Positions 35,675-46,021 of a stretch of DNA of 64,000 bases are shown piece by piece. This stretch comes from Octopus vulgaris (Eukaryota): positions 53,754,001 through 53,818,000 of the forward strand of contig OX597817.1 of NCBI GenBank assembly GCA_951406725.2, written 5' to 3'. The position numbers were made by a program, and so were the translations under genes. The first letter of the stretch is position 1. Every line of letters starts with the position of its first letter. The notes under the pieces were generated by a model. The model was not told the DNA's origin. It searched no databases and saw only the letters and a program-made list of their open reading frames with translations.

Positions 35675-37191
35675 GTATGACTATATATATACGTTATTCC
35701 ACTCACACAACTCTCACGCGTGTGTGTATGTGTGGCTGGCTAAGATGTGTGTGTAACAATATTAGCGGTGCTTCTTTGTATTTTAATGTCTTGAAAACAA
35801 GCGACAATTGTTAAGTAAAGAGATAAGACATTATTCTCTTGTTGATATTTCTAGCAACAATAGACACCCCCCACACACACACGCACACGTACACACACAC
35901 ACGTACACACACACACATACACACATACAAACACAAAAACACAGAGATACATACGCATAAGGTACATCCAATTTATCAACTATAACAAGCATGATGTAAT
36001 TCCTGAACCCTGTCCCGACCAGATTCAATATACTGGGTTGTCCGGAAAGTTCATGCCGACTTTTAAAAGAAAGAAAAAGGTCAATAAATACTTGCCATTA
36101 CATTTTTAATCAACCAAATATGAACCGTTTTGTTGCACAATGCGCCTTCATCTTTCCTTTAACTTGAAAACATCCTCTTCACAGGATTGAGGTGGTTTCA
36201 TGGCAAAGAATTCATCGGCCAAGTTCTAAAATAAGTCGAAAGGTAAGCTACTATAAATCGGCATGAACTTTCCGGACAACCCAATAAAACATCAGGGTTA
36301 ACTGCTGTTATTGTTCGTTTCAGGTCCCTCGCTTCTTTCGTTCATTTTTGCCTTTCATCCATTCCGTGGGTCGATAAACTAAAGTAACAGCTTAAGTTTT
36401 GGGGTCGGTGGTACTGAGTGAAATGCCAGGAAGCGTTTTTGCCTGGCGAGCAAACGATCCTTCCAGGTTGCTGCTTACTAAAGCTACTAATTTTATAAAA
36501 ATTTCCTTGAAAATTCTGCTCTCAATTTTCTGATTGACCTCAATCAGAATCCTTTATTTTGTAAACACTTGTTATGTTTTGGTGGCATTTTTGTTTGTTA
36601 GTTTAACGAAACTAGAACAACAGTGTTCCTTTTAGCTAAACGTCAGACCGAAAAAACTGTTTAGAAGTGAACAATATTTAAACTGCTATGTTATTTATTT
36701 CTTTATTGCCCACAAGGGGCTAAACATAGAGGGGACAAACAAGGACAGACAATCGGAGTAAGTCGATTATATCGACCCCAGTGCGTAAGTGGTACTTATT
36801 TAATCGACCCCGAAAGGATGAAAGGCAAAGTCGATCTCGGCGGAATTTGAACTCAGGTCGACTTTGCCTTTCATCTTTTCGGGGTCGATTAAATAAGTAC
36901 CAGTTACGCACTGAGGTCGATATAATCGACTTAATCCGTTTGTCTGTCATTGATTGTCCTCTCTGTGTTTAGCCCCTTGTGGGTAGTAAAGAAATAGGTA
37001 TTTCGTTTGCCGCTACGTTCTGAGTTCAAATTCCGCCGTGCGCGAGTGTATATGTGTGTACATATCTATCATTATAAGTCTAAATCATTTACAAACTACC
37101 CTTACAATATTTTTCACATTTTCTTTTAATTGCAGTGATTCTTATAGCGTTCACATTTGACGCCGAGACGCCATCAGGCGACAAAATTTAG
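243..37191 (+). CDS. Multi-exon MFS transporter, oxalate:formate antiporter-like (OFA/MCT-related); 5' exon(s) lie upstream of the window. join(243..432,1001..1127,19926..20068,20401..20524,24113..25005,29562..29688,30167..30289,32554..32760,34600..34699,37136..37191)
   Basis: Ten GT-AG exons with compatible phases give one open frame of ~695 codons ending [14 protein letters not shown] motifs: [51 protein letters not shown]; multiple hydrophobic helices. Confidence 0.9.
505..780. repeat. Compound microsatellite (TATC)n/(TGTC)n/(CATA)n
   Basis: direct reading. Confidence 0.95.
1001..1127 (+). CDS. MFS transporter exon 2 ([42 protein letters not shown])
   Basis: polypyrimidine + ttgcAG acceptor, GTGAGT donor at 1128; phase 2 to 0 fits neighbours. 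Confidence 0.9.
1520..1751 (+). mobile_element. SINE family A, full length
   Basis: GGCGGCGAGCTGGCAGAA head, B-box, imperfect TSD tatatacat(t/c). Confidence 0.88.
2140..2555. repeat. (TG)n/(TATG)n microsatellite with TGCA/TGAA variants
   Basis: direct reading; source of several spurious ORFs. Confidence 0.95.
2594..2875 (+). mobile_element. tRNA-derived SINE, family B
   Basis: A-box-like TGGTCCAGTGG, B-box-like TTCGATTCC; shared actttctctcactctttc body. Confidence 0.8.
3087..3119 (-). ncRNA. Minimal hammerhead-like motif
   Basis: uuu CUGACGA a GAAC ucc GCUC GAAA CG UU aaa. Confidence 0.6.
3646..3699 (-). ncRNA. Hammerhead-like motif, CCGAUGA core variant
   Basis: ucu CCGAUGA cGGAAUGUUCC..GGGAUAUCCCa GAAA CAACUG UA agg. 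Confidence 0.5.
4078..4425 (+). mobile_element. Composite element: tRNA-like head + (AAC/AAT)n + hammerhead-bearing tail
   Basis: A-box TGGCGTAGTGG 4085-4095, B-box-like 4131-4140, CTGATGA at 4299, GGCTG/CAGCC stem, GAAA at 4327; tail repeated at 14721-14970. Confidence 0.65.
4716..5143 (+). mobile_element. tRNA-derived SINE, family C, with internal (TA)n(TG)n
   Basis: head gcaggagtagctgtgtggtaag...ggttccgggttc; tail ...gtcaaatgactgaaacaagtaaaag; many copies in window. Confidence 0.85.
5280..5545 (-). mobile_element. SINE family C, 3' half
   Basis: reverse complement of the family C tail. Confidence 0.8.
5587..6657 (-). pseudogene. LINE ORF2 N-terminus: APE-like endonuclease, frameshifted near 5940 and truncated
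   Basis: VRGL, ATETKL, IYAP, LGDFN, SYLDRI, TDH motifs, then GYWKLN in another frame. Confidence 0.88.
6687..8066 (-). pseudogene. LINE ORF1 (gag-like), disrupted by several frameshifts/stops
   Basis: [14 protein letters not shown] (CX2CX4HX4C) at 7377-7418, followed by P/T/K-rich region; ends 30 nt before the ORF2 ATG. Confidence 0.78.
8108..8500. repeat. Three diverged ~140-150-bp tandem monomers in the LINE 5' UTR
   Basis: gggaaa(c)ctataat...gagga(c/t)aa.agttcaaatc...gcctacaacg at ~8109, 8261, 8402. Confidence 0.85.
9391..9847. mobile_element. Non-autonomous DNA transposon (MITE), 29-bp TIRs, 8-bp TSD (Merlin- or hAT-like)
   Basis: TIR GGATCTTTTCGGTTTGA(C/A)CGGCAGTTTTT; TSD GAAACTCG at 9383-9390 and 9848-9855. 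Confidence 0.9.
10806..11196 (+). mobile_element. Non-autonomous Helitron
   Basis: A|TC start, subterminal hairpin acccgagcaacgccgggt, CTAG|T end. Confidence 0.78.
11604..11840 (+). mobile_element. 3' end of an RLE-type (R4/Dong-like) LINE
   Basis: [15 protein letters not shown].../[20 protein letters not shown], then short UTR and (AAT)n tail. Confidence 0.75.
13365..13750 (-). mobile_element. SINE family C
   Basis: reverse complement of 4716-5143. Confidence 0.82.
14721..14970. mobile_element. Inverted pair of the hammerhead-bearing tail seen at 4247-4425
   Basis: minus partial copy 14721-14822 abuts plus copy 14822-14970; gcac ATGATGA a GGCTG..CAGCC GGAA CG TT gtgt. Confidence 0.72.
15232..15700. 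mobile_element. Cluster of SINE A copies (one +, two -)
   Basis: + copy 15232-15360, - copies ~15370-15468 and 15470-15700. Confidence 0.85.
16231..16461 (+). mobile_element. SINE family A, full length with 16-bp TSD
   Basis: TSD gtattgtggaatagaa at 16214-16229 and 16463-16478. Confidence 0.9.
17119..17196 (-). ncRNA. Hammerhead-like motif with G5A change (probably inactive), related to 3646-3699
   Basis: ugucu CUAAUGA ...stem II... GAAA CAGCUG UA agaca. Confidence 0.55.
17255..17468. repeat. Purine-rich minisatellite (~21-23-bp gaataaagagtaaagaga.. units)
   Basis: direct reading. Confidence 0.8.
19395..19449 (-). ncRNA. Hammerhead-like motif with G3:C8 core
   Basis: aauuuguca GUGAACA g GUCGC ggucucaaa GCGAC GAAA AUAU UU ugacaaauu (9-bp stem I). 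Confidence 0.68.
19926..20068 (+). CDS. MFS transporter exon 3 ([26 protein letters not shown]...)
   Basis: ttcAG acceptor, GTAAGG donor at 20069; follows an 18.8-kb intron. Confidence 0.9.
20401..20524 (+). CDS. MFS transporter exon 4 ([41 protein letters not shown])
   Basis: tttAG acceptor, GTCAGT donor at 20525; TM6-like helix. Confidence 0.9.
20590..20852. repeat. Polypyrimidine/polypurine low-complexity tract
   Basis: ~260 nt almost entirely C/T on +. Confidence 0.9.
21190..21595 (-). mobile_element. SINE family C, full length
   Basis: reverse complement of family C. Confidence 0.85.
21979..22275 (+). mobile_element. SINE family B
   Basis: tRNA-like head with GGTTCGAATC B-box, (aaac)n tail, gtgagact flanks. 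Confidence 0.85.
23372..23425 (-). ncRNA. Minimal type-I hammerhead-like motif with canonical core
   Basis: ugg CUGAUGA GAAAU ... AUUUC GAAA CUGG UA cca; element lies between (TA)n arrays at ~23046-23092 and ~23463-23512. Confidence 0.75.
24113..25005 (+). CDS. MFS transporter exon 5, large hydrophilic central cytoplasmic loop (~297 aa)
   Basis: ttcAG acceptor at 24111-24112, 893-nt open frame, GTGAGT donor at 25006; phase 0 to 2 bridges exons 4 and 6 exactly. Confidence 0.85.
25128..25231. repeat. (TTC)n trinucleotide array
   Basis: direct reading. Confidence 0.95.
27078..28885. mobile_element. ~1.8-kb segment bounded by ~290-bp inverted repeats (foldback-like)
   Basis: 27078-27368 is the near reverse complement of 28591-28885; no TSD or ORF found. 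Confidence 0.65.
28895..29117 (-). mobile_element. SINE family A
   Basis: reverse-complement copy; flanked by repeated tttaatatctgatca. Confidence 0.85.
29562..29688 (+). CDS. MFS transporter exon 6 ([42 protein letters not shown])
   Basis: tacAG acceptor, GTAAGT donor at 29689; F.LW TM7 motif. Confidence 0.9.
30167..30289 (+). CDS. MFS transporter exon 7 ([41 protein letters not shown])
   Basis: tacAG acceptor, GTAAGT donor at 30290; N..GR..WG..AD motif. Confidence 0.92.
30901..31047 (-). ncRNA. Hammerhead-like motif with long stem-II insertion
   Basis: cuc UUGAUGA AGGGAG ..~110 nt.. UUUCCU GAAA CAGCUG UC gag. Confidence 0.45.
31494..31666. repeat. (GGT)n-rich G-tract
   Basis: direct reading. 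Confidence 0.9.
32554..32760 (+). CDS. MFS transporter exon 8 ([13 protein letters not shown]...GAVFSAM)
   Basis: ttctAG acceptor, GTAAGT donor at 32761; 69 codons, hydrophobic. Confidence 0.88.
33912..34345. mobile_element. (TA)n-embedded inverted-repeat element, each ~170-bp arm carrying a U3:A8 hammerhead-like motif
   Basis: arms 33912-34080 and 34176-34345; motif cag UUGAAAA AGUU ucaau GACU GAAA CCGG UA cug at 34258-34293 (+) and 33961-33996 (-). Confidence 0.72.
34600..34699 (+). CDS. MFS transporter exon 9 ([33 protein letters not shown])
   Basis: long polypyrimidine tract + tcAG, GTATGT donor at 34700. Confidence 0.88.
36033..36284 (-). mobile_element. Internally deleted mariner element (252 bp)
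   Basis: ~30-bp TIR (T/C)TGGGTTGTCCGGAAAGTTCATGCCGA, TA on both sides; minus strand reads DEFFAMKPP...[18 protein letters not shown], like a mariner transposase C-terminus. Confidence 0.9.
36697..36996. repeat. Head-to-head inverted SINE A pair (~140-bp arms)
   Basis: 36697-36838 pairs with 36856-36996. Confidence 0.85.
37136..37191 (+). CDS. MFS transporter last coding exon ([18 protein letters not shown])
   Basis: ttgcAG acceptor, phase 1 matches exon 9, TAG at 37189-37191. Confidence 0.85.
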
Positions 37192-37662
37192 CTGCGGGTT
37201 CAATACTCGACGACGTAAACCCCCTAAATTTCAACTGCTGAGCCACGAGACGCGAACGTCACAGAAATATCAAGTTTAACTTCATCCGTGTGCAAACCCA
37301 GAACATATTTAAACCTGTATGTGATAGGAATTGGACTCCATCTCATGAATGTTCATAATATTCTTCAAAACGATAGTCTTTCTGGCTTACCTGACAAAGT
37401 AAATGAATATATATATACATACATACATATATATATATATATGTATATATATACGTATATATTATATAGATCCATTGTAAATATTAGAATATACATATAT
37501 TTATATTGATATATATTTATGTATATTTCTGCGTATAAATATATACACACACGCACAAGCATACGCACATACATACATGCACATATACACGAACTGTTTT
37601 TCGTATCTGTGTATACATATGTAAACGCACTCATAAATATATACATATACATTCATACATAC

Positions 37663-37721
<59 letters not shown>

Positions 37722-37726
<5 letters not shown>

Positions 37727-38456
37727 TAGAGAAAAATCACTATTATGTAATTCAAACAATGATAGGTATAAAACATATCATATAGAAAAAATAAAATATA
37801 TCATAAAATATTTATCTAGACCACAAAAATTACATTACAATAAATAAACAGTATATAAGTATAATAAACAGTACATAAGTAAAAAGACTCTTATAATTGG
37901 ACTCTTATATTTTTTCCAGTAAAGATATACTATAGTTTGTTTAAATAATTCTCAATGCTAAAATATATCTTCACAGATAAAATGCATATTTCTATATATT
38001 TACTCTATTTTTTTACCTTAGTTTTTTAACGTGATAAATGTATTATAAACACCTGGTCCTACTTTTTAAGCTGCAACTTTAGTTAACGGAGTTTCTTCTA
38101 TAAGAAGAATCATGTTTTTATTTATTTAAGAAATATTGTTTAATTCTGTTTGATTATTTATTAAAAATATGTATTTATTTAACTATTATTGTTATTATTG
38201 TTGACCTGAGGAGTGACTATCCTTTTAAATTGAATTGTTTTTGGATCGATTAAATTTAAATTTAATTAAAATTCGAATTGAAGTTATAGCCACGAAAGCT
38301 ACGTAGTCTTTTTACTTATTATATACTGTTTATTTATTATTACGTACTTTCTGTGATCTAGATAAATATTTCATTATATATTTTATTTTTTCTGTACGAT
38401 ATGTTTTATGTCTATCATTGTTTGAATTACATAATCGTGATTTTTCTCTAATTTAT
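37722..38456. mobile_element. (TA)n-embedded AT-rich inverted-repeat element with a hammerhead-like motif at 38203-38308 (+)
   Basis: arms ~37722-37890 and ~38303-38456; gac CUGAGGA GUGACUAU..AUAGCCAC GAAA gcuacg UA guc. Confidence 0.6.
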
Positions 38457-38534
38457 ATATATTATATATTTATATTGTGAAATTTGATTTAATACTAAAT
38501 TGAATTTTTCCCTGTAAGTTTGGAATTATACTCC

Positions 38535-38592
<58 letters not shown>

Positions 38593-39084
38593 TAGACATA
38601 CATGCATATGCATATACATTCATAGATACATATATATATATACGCACACACATACATACATATTACATACATACACACAAACATATATGTGTGTATGTGT
38701 GTTATTGTTTCGCTTAGTTGTAGCGATACTAATAACCTGGTGTTAGAACTCAGTATACATTTTCCTCAGAACAAAGAGTCAGTCGAGTACAGAGCAATAA
38801 GAAAGAAAATTAAAATGATAAAAGAAAAGAAATTATGCCATGAACTTCATAACCTTGCAGCTGTTTCAGCTATGAAGTGCAATGCACTCATATTTGAATA
38901 TTTTGGCGTTACCTTATAGTTTTATTGGTGCTTCAAACATGAAGCGCAAAAATACATACATATTCAGTTGAGAGAGCATTGCTCCGTATAGAAAAAACAG
39001 ATGTAAGATAGAGAAGTTACTTATATTTATACATATTTCATTGTCGAACTGTATATATCTGGCTATGCAGTATAACTGATCATT

Positions 39085-39145
39085 ATGTTACCGATGGTTT
39101 CATACAGAATATTGCTCATGGCAATATTCACTGCTCCTCAGATAT
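39085..39145 (-). ncRNA. Hammerhead-like motif
   Basis: CUGAGGA gcag u GAAUAUUGC cauga GCAAUAUUC uguau GAAA CC auc GG UA; stem I imperfect. Confidence 0.5.
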
Positions 39146-40198
39146 GCTGAAGCCGTTGATAACATTCTCCTCAGTTACATACCATAATCAGAAATATACT
39201 GCCCGACAATAAAAAGATATAACTGCCTTATTTCTATTTTAGAAGGTGCTTTCTTTCTTATTTATGGACAACTATTTAATTATAAATATATATATATATA
39301 ATTTGGGAAAACGAATTTCCAAATTAATCAGGTACAACCCTTCAGAATTACATGTATCTGCATATCGTACCTTGGGGTATTCTTTATCATATATTTATAT
39401 ATTTATCTAGAAATATACAAAGTATCTTGTTATATTTCACATTTAAACACACAGGCATTTTTATTCTGATGTATAATCTTATATTTTATATTTTGTATTT
39501 GACATATACTTGACTTTATAAGGTTGATATATATATATACCAATTCATATTTATAATGTACAATTTATAAGTTTTAATTCTTAATATTACATAGTATAAT
39601 TTTTATTTTGAATTTTGAATTTTTGATTTTTAATTTTTAATGTTCAATGTTTAATTTATTGCTTAATTTATTTTTTTAAAGGGATGTAAAATTAGATTAA
39701 CAATACTTTGAAAAAGAACCTGAAGATGTGTTGGAACAATTGCAAACCTGATGATTGCATATAGATATTTATATATGTGTACATTTGTGTGTATGTATAT
39801 ATATTGTAATCTTCCAATACTGAAACACGTGTAGTTCCGTCATAATGAATTTAAGTGTTAACTGAAGTAGAAGATAATTAAGGGAGTATAGTATATACCC
39901 TGCTGATATACTGATTATATCTTTTAAAGTATGATTTCGTGATGTGCAAATGGATACCATGAGTTTACTTTCAGATATACGCATTAGGGTTCTTTTTTGC
40001 ATTATCTGAAATAGAATTCCCGCATATCAATTAATCCCCCAAAACTGAATTATATATATATGTATGAATGAATGTATGTATGTATGTATGTATGTATGTA
40101 TGTATGTATGTATGTATGTATGTATGTATGTATGTATGTATATATATATATATATATGTACATTACCATTTAATTGAACGCGACGCGTCCATTTCCAA

Positions 40199-40234
<36 letters not shown>

Positions 40235-40660
40235 TTATGTATCTTAGATTTTACCTGTGTCAGGTAGTAAATTGTGTGTGTGTTTATGTAAGCCCCCCCC
40301 CCCCCAGGACTTATTCTTTGTAAGCCTAGTACTTATTCTATCGGTCTCTTTTGCAGCACCGACGTAGACACGCCACCATCGGTTGTCAAGCGATGGTGGG
40401 GGTCAAACACATACACATAAACATACATACACACGTACATACATACATCATATATATATATATATATATACGGTGGGCTTCTTTCAATTTTCCGTCGGCC
40501 CGAGGCTATAATAGAAGACACTTGCCCAAGGTGTCACGCAATGAGACTGAACCTGGAACCATGTGGTTGGTAAGCAAGCTACTTACCACACAACCACTCC
40601 TGCTACCATTATATATATATATATACATACATGTATGTGTGGAGGCGCAATGTTATCACC

Positions 40661-40944
40661 GTGACCGACCAGGCTATCAGATGTTGCTACACATCGCTGG
40701 TCACAATTGTTTTAGCCTTCAAATGACGCCACCCCGCTGGCTAAGTGAGCAGGCCAACAGAAGAAAGAGTAAGAGAAAGTTGTGGCGAAAGAGTACAGCA
40801 GGGATCGCCACCGCCTCCTGCCGGAGACTCGTGGAGCTTTAGGTGTTTTCGCTCAATAAACACTCCCAACATCCGGTCTGGGAATCGAAACCGCGATCCT
40901 ACGACCGTGAGTCCGCTTCCCTAACCACTGAGCCATTGCGCCTC

Positions 40945-40947
<3 letters not shown>
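40661..40947 (-). mobile_element. SINE family B
   Basis: reverse complement of 2594-2875. Confidence 0.82.
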
Positions 40948-41023
<76 letters not shown>

Positions 41024-41066
41024 ATATATACATACATACATATTATATATATATATATACATACAG

Positions 41067-41130
<64 letters not shown>

Positions 41131-41750
41131 GACGGGTTTCTTTCAATTTCTGTCTACCAAATCTACCGACAAGACTTTGATCGGCCCGAGGTTATAGCAG
41201 AAGACACTTGCCCAAGGTGTTACGCAGTGGGACTGAACCCGGAGCCATGTGGCTGCGGAGCCCACCGCTATAGGTGCAATAGTTAGAGATTAGATTAAAG
41301 ATGAGCAATTAGTTATGGAATAAGTACTTGGTATGTATAGTAGATAATTGAAGCACGAAGTTGGATAATCTTTAAAAAGTGAGGTAGCATTGATCCTATT
41401 CAGGTTTTAGTTAATTATGTCGGACTTTTGTGTAGAAATTTTGGGAATGCTTTATTAAAAGTGTGAACTGCCGATTAATAAAATCGTTATACATATTAAT
41501 TAAGTTGGGCGTACCATTGAGTATTTCCAGCGTATTCATCAAGCACAAATTAAAACTACCACAACATCTGCATGTAAGGAAGATCATTAGCTTTCATGGA
41601 CAGTGAAATGGAGTAGTCTGTATGTCCTACAGATGAACTTGGCCAAAGAAGTGCTGTTTTCTTTTCTTTTATGCATACACACACAATACAAACACACATA
41701 TATACATATACATATAATTACATATATATATTATATACTTTATATATATA

Positions 41751-41811
<61 letters not shown>

Positions 41812-41855
41812 ATATATATATGTGTGTGTATGTGTGTATGTTTGTATATATATAT

Positions 41856-42356
41856 ATAACTTATAAAACAAGGGCAAAAGAAAACATTCTAATGCCAAAT
41901 ATGCCGAAAATAGACAAATTGTCAATAACTATTATAATTTATCACTATAAACACGCGTCTCGAAGTAAGCCAACAGAAATTTCTAAAACATTTCGTTATT
42001 ACCGTATCGGTCCCAATTTCAGAGTTAATTCATAAGAACTTTCTCCTCGTCAGCGATAAATACGTAAGACATAAATGAAATACTTACTTATACTTACTCA
42101 TGAAATACCCATAATTGGGTATGAGTAAGTATTTAATTTATGTCTTACGTATTTATCGCTGACGAGGAGAAAGTTCTTAAGAATTAACTCTGAAATTGGG
42201 ACAAATACGGTAATAACGGAACTTTTTAGAAATTTCTGTCGGCTTACTTCGAGACGCGTGTTTATAGTGATAAATTATAATGGTTATTGACAATTTGTCT
42301 ATTTTCGGCATATTTGGCATTAGAAGTTTTTCTTTTGCCCTTGTTTTATAAGTTAT
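41856..42356. repeat. ~500-bp near-perfect palindrome with degenerate hammerhead-like motifs in both arms
   Basis: 41856-42089 pairs with 42122-42356; uaucg CUGACGA GGAG..CUCU GAAA uugggac cgaua. Confidence 0.88.
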
Positions 42357-42916
42357 TTATAAATTTAACCTTTAAAGGTATTTTTTAATATGCTGGCCAT
42401 TGATAAAAAATTTTTTTCGAAAAATTTTATCCTATATTAGAAGTATATATATATACATACATATATATATACGACAAGAGATAATTTATGCCTCTTTTTA
42501 TGGAGACAAAAGGGTTTATATGACTGCAAAAAAAAGTGCTCAAATGTAATTGAGACAGAGATAAAAAAAACATTGGTCAGAGACCAGACATCGAATTTAA
42601 GTCAGCAACTTTATACATGACACCACGTTTTTTAATTTAGAGGAGTTAAAAAAATTATTATTTTAGTCGATTGAAATTTTTATTTAGGTTTTTAGTTGCA
42701 TCACACGCTTTAGAATTTTTAGTCGATTCTTGATAGGCCGCTCCGTATATTTGTATTTTTATTTGAATGTATATTTTTAATCTTCTGTGTTTTTAATATA
42801 TATATTCTCTTTATATGTTAGAGGCCATGGTAATATATATACATGATCAAATGTTAGGAGGCCTGGTGTTACATAAATTCGTTGACTCGAATTTGATGTT
42901 TGTCCTCTGATCAATG

Positions 42917-42960
<44 letters not shown>

Positions 42961-44688
42961 TATATTTACTTCTGCATGTGTAATAAACATATACACAGAT
43001 ACATATATATGTATACTGACATGAAGCCAAATACCTTCAATATATACATATAAGTATGTATATTTGTGTATGTGTATGCATGTATGTATATAAGTGTGTG
43101 TGTATGCAGCTTATAAAACCTTAATAGACTTCAGAGGGTATTAATCTAGACCCTATGTAATTCTATAACTTCGAAATATATTTAAAAATTCTTATAAAGC
43201 CACTACAATGCAAATCGAAGACAACGGAATCACCAAAGAAAAAAAAATGGATAAAGATTTACTCATTTACTTTGTTTCAATATTTCGGGTCAATACATCC
43301 CTTCTCGAGGGAAAACTGAAAGATACATTCAAACCTGGTCCCCATTCGTATATGAGAATGAGATGCTGGGTGCAACATGCGCAGATTGGATTCAATGTTT
43401 TATTTGTTAGTTAGCGTTGCACAGTTCTTGTCTGTTGTTGACAATCGTAGATTATATATTATAAATTTTAACCACATTGAAGTCGGCGAGCTGGCAGAAT
43501 CGTTAGGAAGCCCGTCTCTACGTTCTGAGTTCAAATTCTGCCGAGGTCGACTCTGCTTTTCATACTTTCGGGGTCGGTAAAATAAGTACCAGTGAGAGCT
43601 GAGGACCGATGCAATCAATTTACTCCCTCCCCCTAAAATTACTGGCCTTGAGCCAAAATTTGAAACCGATGTTAGCCTCACTATTCCTTAAACTTTCAGT
43701 GTTCCATTCTATGACCTTGATCGTCACTACGACGTCATGATATTTCCCCAGTTGTTCTTTAACCGAGAAAGCAATTCTATGAGTTTTGTTTTAACGCAGA
43801 TGTCCAGTTCACAAATGGTTCTCTGTCTAAGGTACAACACATTATAGATCTTACATGGTAATACATATAATAATAAATAAATGCGCCCTTTTAAAGCCTA
43901 GCCAGGCTCATGGGCCCGGTTTCGTGGTTTTTATGACGTATGTGTTGCACAGCTGGCTGGGACGCCAGTCCATCGCAGCATTACTTATTTTTGCCAGCTG
44001 AGGGGACTGGAGCAACGTGAATTGAAGTGTTTTGCTCAAGAACACAACGCGTCGCCCGGTCCAGGAATCGAAACCACAATCTAACGATCATGATGCTGAC
44101 ACCCTTGCCACTAAGCACGCGCCTCCACGGTAATACATATAGACCCGCAAGAATATCTCCACAATGTTGCGATAGCAGGTGACCTGTTTGTACGCGTTGT
44201 TACTGTATGGTGACCAATCTGGGGGTCGGTATTTTTGTGTGGTGGGGGGGGGGGCACGAGAAGCGACCAATACGGTAGATTGTCTCAGTTATCAAAAAAT
44301 ACGACCGGTTTCATAAAATGATTATTGTTGGACGTTAAACTTTTCTTTTTTCTTTTGAACTTTATCAGATCGGTGTCTGGCAAAAATTGATGTGTAGTAT
44401 CTTATGGAATTGTTTGATGATGGTGATTCTCTTACTTGCTTTTTACTTCATCTATGATTATTTGGAGGATTTCGTAGCAGATTAAGGTTGCTATGACTCC
44501 GGGCCGTACGGGTTACACGTGACACGTAACGAAGTGATCATTGATTTCCAGTAGAAGTTGGTATTATTGAATCTCTCCTTTGCAATTTTGAATCGTGTGT
44601 GTGTGAAAGAGAGAGGGAGGGAGGGAGGGAGAGAGATAAATAGATAGCTAGACAGATAGATAGCTAGCTAGCTAGCTAGCTAGCTAGC

Positions 44689-44741
<53 letters not shown>

Positions 44742-44830
44742 GGATGGATACTTGAATGGATGGATGGATGGATGGATAGATAGATAGATAGATAGATGGA
44801 TGGATACTTGAATGGATGGATGGATGGATG

Positions 44831-44977
<147 letters not shown>

Positions 44978-45990
44978 GGATAGATAGATTGATAGATAGA
45001 CAGACAGAGAGAGAGGTGGGGAAGAGAGGATGAGGGAGAGAGAGAGAGAGAGAGCGACCCGGTGATGTCGGAATGCTGTATTTTGGAGACTATGTACTCG
45101 TCGTTGCCAATGTGTCCGCCATATTTGGTAACTGCCTTCTCGGAACAGAAAAAATAATCATGTTCTCTCCATTTGGAAGAGAGAATTATACTGAGCACCT
45201 CTTACCTCTTCTTTCTTCTTTGGATAAAACCAATTCCACCATCCATTCCCATCTGAAACGCTCGTCTATCGGGTCACGAATACAGAATGCCCGGTCATAA
45301 ACCTTTCAAAATGTATGACCAAAGTTCTATCTTAGCGTACTAAATTAATTAATATCTCAGAATTTCCTTTTTCATTGAATTCTTTATAAATATACTTTAC
45401 ACATGGAGCATTTCTTATTTCAGCATTAATTTTTATATGCATTTATATTTATATATATTTTGAAAACCCCCAATTATCAGCATATTTCCTCTCAGAATTT
45501 TAAATATTCTTCAAAGGTTTCGAGGGAATGTCTGGCTGAGAGCAGATTTCTTTGTTTCTGATCTGGAACTTAGCTTTATTTAACCTCGATAATCCCAAGA
45601 AATTAAGAAATAATCTCAGCTAGTGTCTTAGTTGATTGTCATATCACTTACACAACACATACGAAAACAGTGAAAACCACGTTATATTGAGCAAAAATAC
45701 TTTTTTTATTCGTAGCAATGTGGAGAACTTTCTCTGCAGAATATTAAAGTTAATAATGATACCTCATGTTGTTATTGTTGTTGTTATTAATGCTGTTATT
45801 GTTGCTTAGCAACAAGTCAGGCCATATTTTGCAGACCTGTCCCATGTCTTTTTTTTTTTTTCAGGCACTGTGCATCTAAAATAATGTTTATTAGTGTTTC
45901 CTCCTTTTTGTAAAAGCAACAGAGTTTAGATAAAAACAGATTCGGTGTTATTTCAAGCGCAAGCATAACTGTTGCTCCCGTGACCAGCTG

Positions 45991-46021
<31 letters not shown>

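Noticed and set aside
44299-44370. CUGAUAA...GAAACCGGUC on the minus strand
   Set aside because: Unpaired 3:8 position and weak stems I and II.
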